The translations under genes and the position numbers were made by a program. The notes beneath the pieces were generated by a model. It was not told the origin of the DNA. It made no database searches and was given only the letters and a program-made list of their open reading frames with translations. From Candidatus Moraniibacteriota bacterium (GTDB lineage Bacteria > Patescibacteriota > Minisyncoccia > Moranbacterales > GCA-2747515), in the NCBI GenBank assembly GCA_016699795.1, contig CP065011.1:1141449-1186598 (forward strand): 45,150 nt of DNA, written 5' to 3'. Below, in pieces: positions 42,283 to 45,150 of this stretch (the first letter of the stretch is position 1; each line of letters begins with the position of its first letter).

Positions 42283-45150
42283 TTATGGAGCGACTTCTTC
42301 GTATCTTGCGCATTGATTTGTGGTACAAAAAGCATCTCTAATCCCCCCTCTGCACGTCCATGTCCATACACCAGAAGCGTATTTTGGATCTTGCATAGTA
42401 GTAAGATCTCCCTCGCTACAAATAGTAGCTCTTATTGAATAAAGATTTCCTTCGTAACAAGAATCTGTAATATCTTCATTACATTTTCCTATATCAACAC
42501 TACAAGCAGATCCATTCCAAGTATAGCCAGAATTACAATAATATTGACATTTAGGAGTAGTGTCTGTTGCACTATACACATAGGAAGTATTTGCAGTAAG
42601 TCCTGTTTCATCACCGCTATATACCGTTGTATGTAGAGGACGTGTTCCTGTACAAGAATAAGCAGGAAGAACACAAGCAGATCCATTCCAAGTATAGCCA
42701 GTATTACAACGATATTCGCATTTACGAGCAGTACCTGTTGCGTGATAAAGATAATCTATATTCTGAGTAAGATTTATTGTATCACCATCATATATTACTG
42801 TATTTGCAGGACGTGTTCCTGTACAAGAATAAGCAGGAAGAACACAAGCAGATCCATTCCAAGTATAGCCAGTATTACAACGATATTCGCATTTACGAGC
42901 AGTACCTGTTGCGTGATAAAGATAATCTATATTCTGAGTAAGATTTATTGTATCACCATCATATATTACTGTATTTGCAGGACGTGTTCCTGTACAAGAA
43001 TAAGCAGGAAGAACACAAGCAGATCCATTCCAAGTATAGCCAGTATTACAATAATATTGACATTTAGGGGCAGTATTTATTGCGCTATATGTATAGGAAA
43101 CATTCGCAGTAAGTCCTGTAGTATCGCCACTGTAAACAGTTGTATTTGCAGGACGTGTTCCTGTACAAGTAGGAATTAAATTAAATCTTGCCGTAACTGT
43201 TTTCGCTGCATTCATAGTAACCGTACAAGTTGCACCGTTTACACTATCGCATCCTGTCCAACTTGAAAAAGTACTTCCAGCTAAAGGCGATGCTGTAAGA
43301 GTAACCGTCGTTCCGGTATTATAATTTTGTGAACAATCAGCTCCACAATTTATTCCGGAAGGAGCTGATGTTACGAGCCCTGAACCCGTGCCACTTTTGG
43401 AAACGGCGAGAGCCTTTTCAGAAACAATGGAGTAGGGAATGGAAAAAGTACCTGTTTGATATTGATTATAACCATCATATACGACCATATCCAACTTATA
43501 ATTCGCATTTTTAGTACTTGGATAGGTAGCACTAGTGCCAACATTAAAAGTTCCTACTCCATTACTTGTACAGCGATAATGATCATGATAAAAATTAAAA
43601 GCAAATGTACAGTTTGACCAACCGCTATTAATAAAAGTATTCGCTAGCCATGTATTTATTTTTTTACTTTGTGGACTCGTCAGCCACAACTCTGCACTAA
43701 GACCCATCCAACCATTATTACATGCTATCGCCTTTATAGTTGTTGTAGTGGTAGCATTTTCATTTGGAGAATATTCGTTTTTATTATGATTTGCAGTTAC
43801 AACAAAATTTGTATTTGTAACTGTAAACACAAACGTATCCGCACTCACATCTTGAGCTACGAAAAACATATTAACACCCAAGAAGAAAGCAAAAAGAGAA
43901 ACTATTCCTTTCCTTCTTCTACTTTTTTTTAATACGATAAAAGCAAGAAATCCTGAAAGCAAAGCTAAGAGAGAAATAAGAAGAGTTTTTTGGGAAATAC
44001 CTGCGTAAGATATTCCTTCTTGTTTTTCTTCTGTATTTGCTGAGACGCTTCGTTCATCCAAAGTTTTTCCTTCTTTGTTTTTTACTACCACACGTATTGT
44101 TGGCTGAGTACAATTTTTTGTTATTTCAATATTCATCGCTTTATGCTCATAACCCGATCCTGAAGCTGAATCAAAAGGTGCTTCAACTTCTTTTGCGCAC
44201 ACTCCTTGAGCATCAGATATTTCTAGATAGGCAGTCCCTGCTATCTTTGTTTTATTCCTCGCTCCTAAAAATTGATCAGCAGACCCTGTCCAACCAAAAG
44301 ATACATTAGCTGTTTCTCCTTTTGTATAACTTTCTTTATCAAAAACAATATTTTGAATAGTTGCAGATTCTCCAGAAACAACATAATGCAATTGAGCTTC
44401 AGTAGAAATGATCTTGTTACTCTCATCTTTCAAAACAAGATTTTGTGTATAGGATTGAGGTAGTGTATTTTTTTCTATCAAAAAAGAAACTTCCTTCTCT
44501 TTATTTGGCTCAAGAACAAAGGAATCTCTTTTGTAGACATTAAGAGCTTCTCCAAAAAGAGATCTTCTATATTCAGTAAATTCTGGTTTTACTGTTACTG
44601 ATTCAAGGAAGGTGCTTTTATAAAAACAAGAAACATATAATTCTTCAACAGGGAGAACATCAATACCTTCTGATGGACTATACACTTTTTCTTCTTTATT
44701 TATTGTCAAACGACAACTTTCAATCTTTACATATCCTGTAGTTATACCTGCAATTTCTACATCTTTAATACTACTCTGAGCAAGAGTTAAGCCAGAAGAG
44801 TTTGAAACTTCTATACCAATATCATACGTACCATTTGGAAAGAAAGGAAGTTCTAGTTTTTGAATGATTTTTTTTGTTTCATCATTTTTAAGAGAGATAG
44901 GATCTTTGAAAACATTTTGAAATAATGGTATTCCCTCTTTATTAAGAAGAAGCAATGAAGTTATGATATCTGTTTGTATCCCCTCTCTGTTGTTTATATC
45001 ATAAGCAACTTCTATAGAAGTTCCTTCTTTTGATACCACTACAGGATTATATACATTCACGCTCGCTATACGAATTATTTCCATTTCTTGTATCATCTCT
45101 GGATTTTCTGCTTTTATTCTATCGAATTCTTCTCGAGGAAAGTCTTTTGG
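42283..45150 (-). CDS. Giant surface protein, paralogue of 20859..23969 (5' end beyond the right edge of the window)
   Basis: The frame stays open from the track ATG (45096) to the window edge. The upstream residues PKDFPREEFDRIKAENPE align with FKEPTEEELKASKPD of the paralogue. Shared blocks are HYV(I/V)xGxSATIxN..DKxSYTKGETANV, an internal TM hairpin (43837..43986), KYASGxWTWTC and QCA(K/R)YEEVAP at the stop. Confidence 0.85.
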   Translation of the reverse strand, partial: PKDFPREEFDRIKAENPEMIQEMEIIRIASVNVYNPVVVSKEGTSIEVAYDINNREGIQTDIITSLLLLNKEGIPLFQNVFKDPISLKNDETKKIIQKLELPFFPNGTYDIGIEVSNSSGLTLAQSSIKDVEIAGITTGYVKIESCRLTINKEEKVYSPSEGIDVLPVEELYVSCFYKSTFLESVTVKPEFTEYRRSLFGEALNVYKRDSFVLEPNKEKEVSFLIEKNTLPQSYTQNLVLKDESNKIISTEAQLHYVVSGESATIQNIVFDKESYTKGETANVSFGWTGSADQFLGARNKTKIAGTAYLEISDAQGVCAKEVEAPFDSASGSGYEHKAMNIEITKNCTQPTIRVVVKNKEGKTLDERSVSANTEEKQEGISYAGISQKTLLISLLALLSGFLAFIVLKKSRRRKGIVSLFAFFLGVNMFFVAQDVSADTFVFTVTNTNFVVTANHNKNEYSPNENATTTTTIKAIACNNGWMGLSAELWLTSPQSKKINTWLANTFINSGWSNCTFAFNFYHDHYRCTSNGVGTFNVGTSATYPSTKNANYKLDMVVYDGYNQYQTGTFSIPYSIVSEKALAVSKSGTGSGLVTSAPSGINCGADCSQNYNTGTTVTLTASPLAGSTFSSWTGCDSVNGATCTVTMNAAKTVTARFNLIPTCTGTRPANTTVYSGDTTGLTANVSYTYSAINTAPKCQYYCNTGYTWNGSACVLPAYSCTGTRPANTVIYDGDTINLTQNIDYLYHATGTARKCEYRCNTGYTWNGSACVLPAYSCTGTRPANTVIYDGDTINLTQNIDYLYHATGTARKCEYRCNTGYTWNGSACVLPAYSCTGTRPLHTTVYSGDETGLTANTSYVYSATDTTPKCQYYCNSGYTWNGSACSVDIGKCNEDITDSCYEGNLYSIRATICSEGDLTTMQDPKYASGVWTWTCRGGIRDAFCTTNQCARYEEVAP
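42467..43150 (-). repeat. Four tandem 171-bp (57-codon) coding repeats; the two central units are identical
   Basis: The unit-boundary string GGACGTGTTCCTG recurs at 42638, 42809, 42980 and 43151, giving a 171-nt period. Units 42638..42808 and 42809..42979 match at every base I compared. The encoded unit is CTGTRPANTVIYDGDTINLTQNIDYLYHATGTARKCEYRCNTGYTWNGSACVLPAYS. The outer units are diverged. Confidence 0.9.

Noticed and set aside
42467-43150. CRISPR array suggested by regularly spaced identical sequence
   Set aside because: The period is 171 bp with no unique spacers. The repeats are contiguous and in frame inside a long ORF, and they encode a Cys-containing protein module. No cas genes are present.
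42742-43179. Plus-strand 145-aa ORF with an internally repeated sequence
   Set aside because: It is antisense to the 171-bp coding repeats of the giant surface protein gene, and its repetition simply mirrors them.

Overview
This is a visibly AT-rich bacterial chromosomal segment. Stop codons are standard and mostly TAA, and there are no in-frame TGA codons. The gene content is compact housekeeping genes mixed with very large membrane-anchored surface proteins. That pattern fits a Patescibacteria/CPR-like genome, but the placement is inference only. Housekeeping features: gatC-gatA, ligA, a tmRNA the ORF track cannot show, infC-rpmI-rplT, a DEAD-box helicase, malic enzyme, a PepF-like M3B peptidase, pyruvate kinase, a GT4 glycosyltransferase and tRNA-Ser(UGA). 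Accessory highlights follow. (1) The left edge holds a diversity-generating retroelement on the minus strand: variable-protein gene with VR, Avd-like ORF, TR, and an RT cut off by the window edge. TR and VR differ at 18 positions, and all 18 are TR adenines. (2) A 1694-aa thioester-containing alpha-2-macroglobulin homologue carries a 129-aa Hint/mini-intein-like domain at the position where the bait region normally lies. The residue after the terminal Asn is Gly, so canonical splicing should not occur. This is my top candidate for something new. (3) Two paralogous giant surface proteins, about 20 kb apart, share an internal TM / basic loop / signal-peptide-like hairpin and an identical extreme C-terminus, YEEVAP. 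One of them contains four 171-bp tandem repeats, two of which are identical. (4) Four of six consecutive genes between 30.1 and 36.6 kb are interrupted: two by in-frame TAG, one by in-frame TAA, and one by an A8-tract frame problem. (5) A 316-nt noncoding element lies next to tRNA-Ser. It has a closing helix and two homologous sub-domains showing compensatory changes, and I cannot assign it to a known RNA family. I saw no rRNA genes, CRISPR arrays, transposases or integrases.
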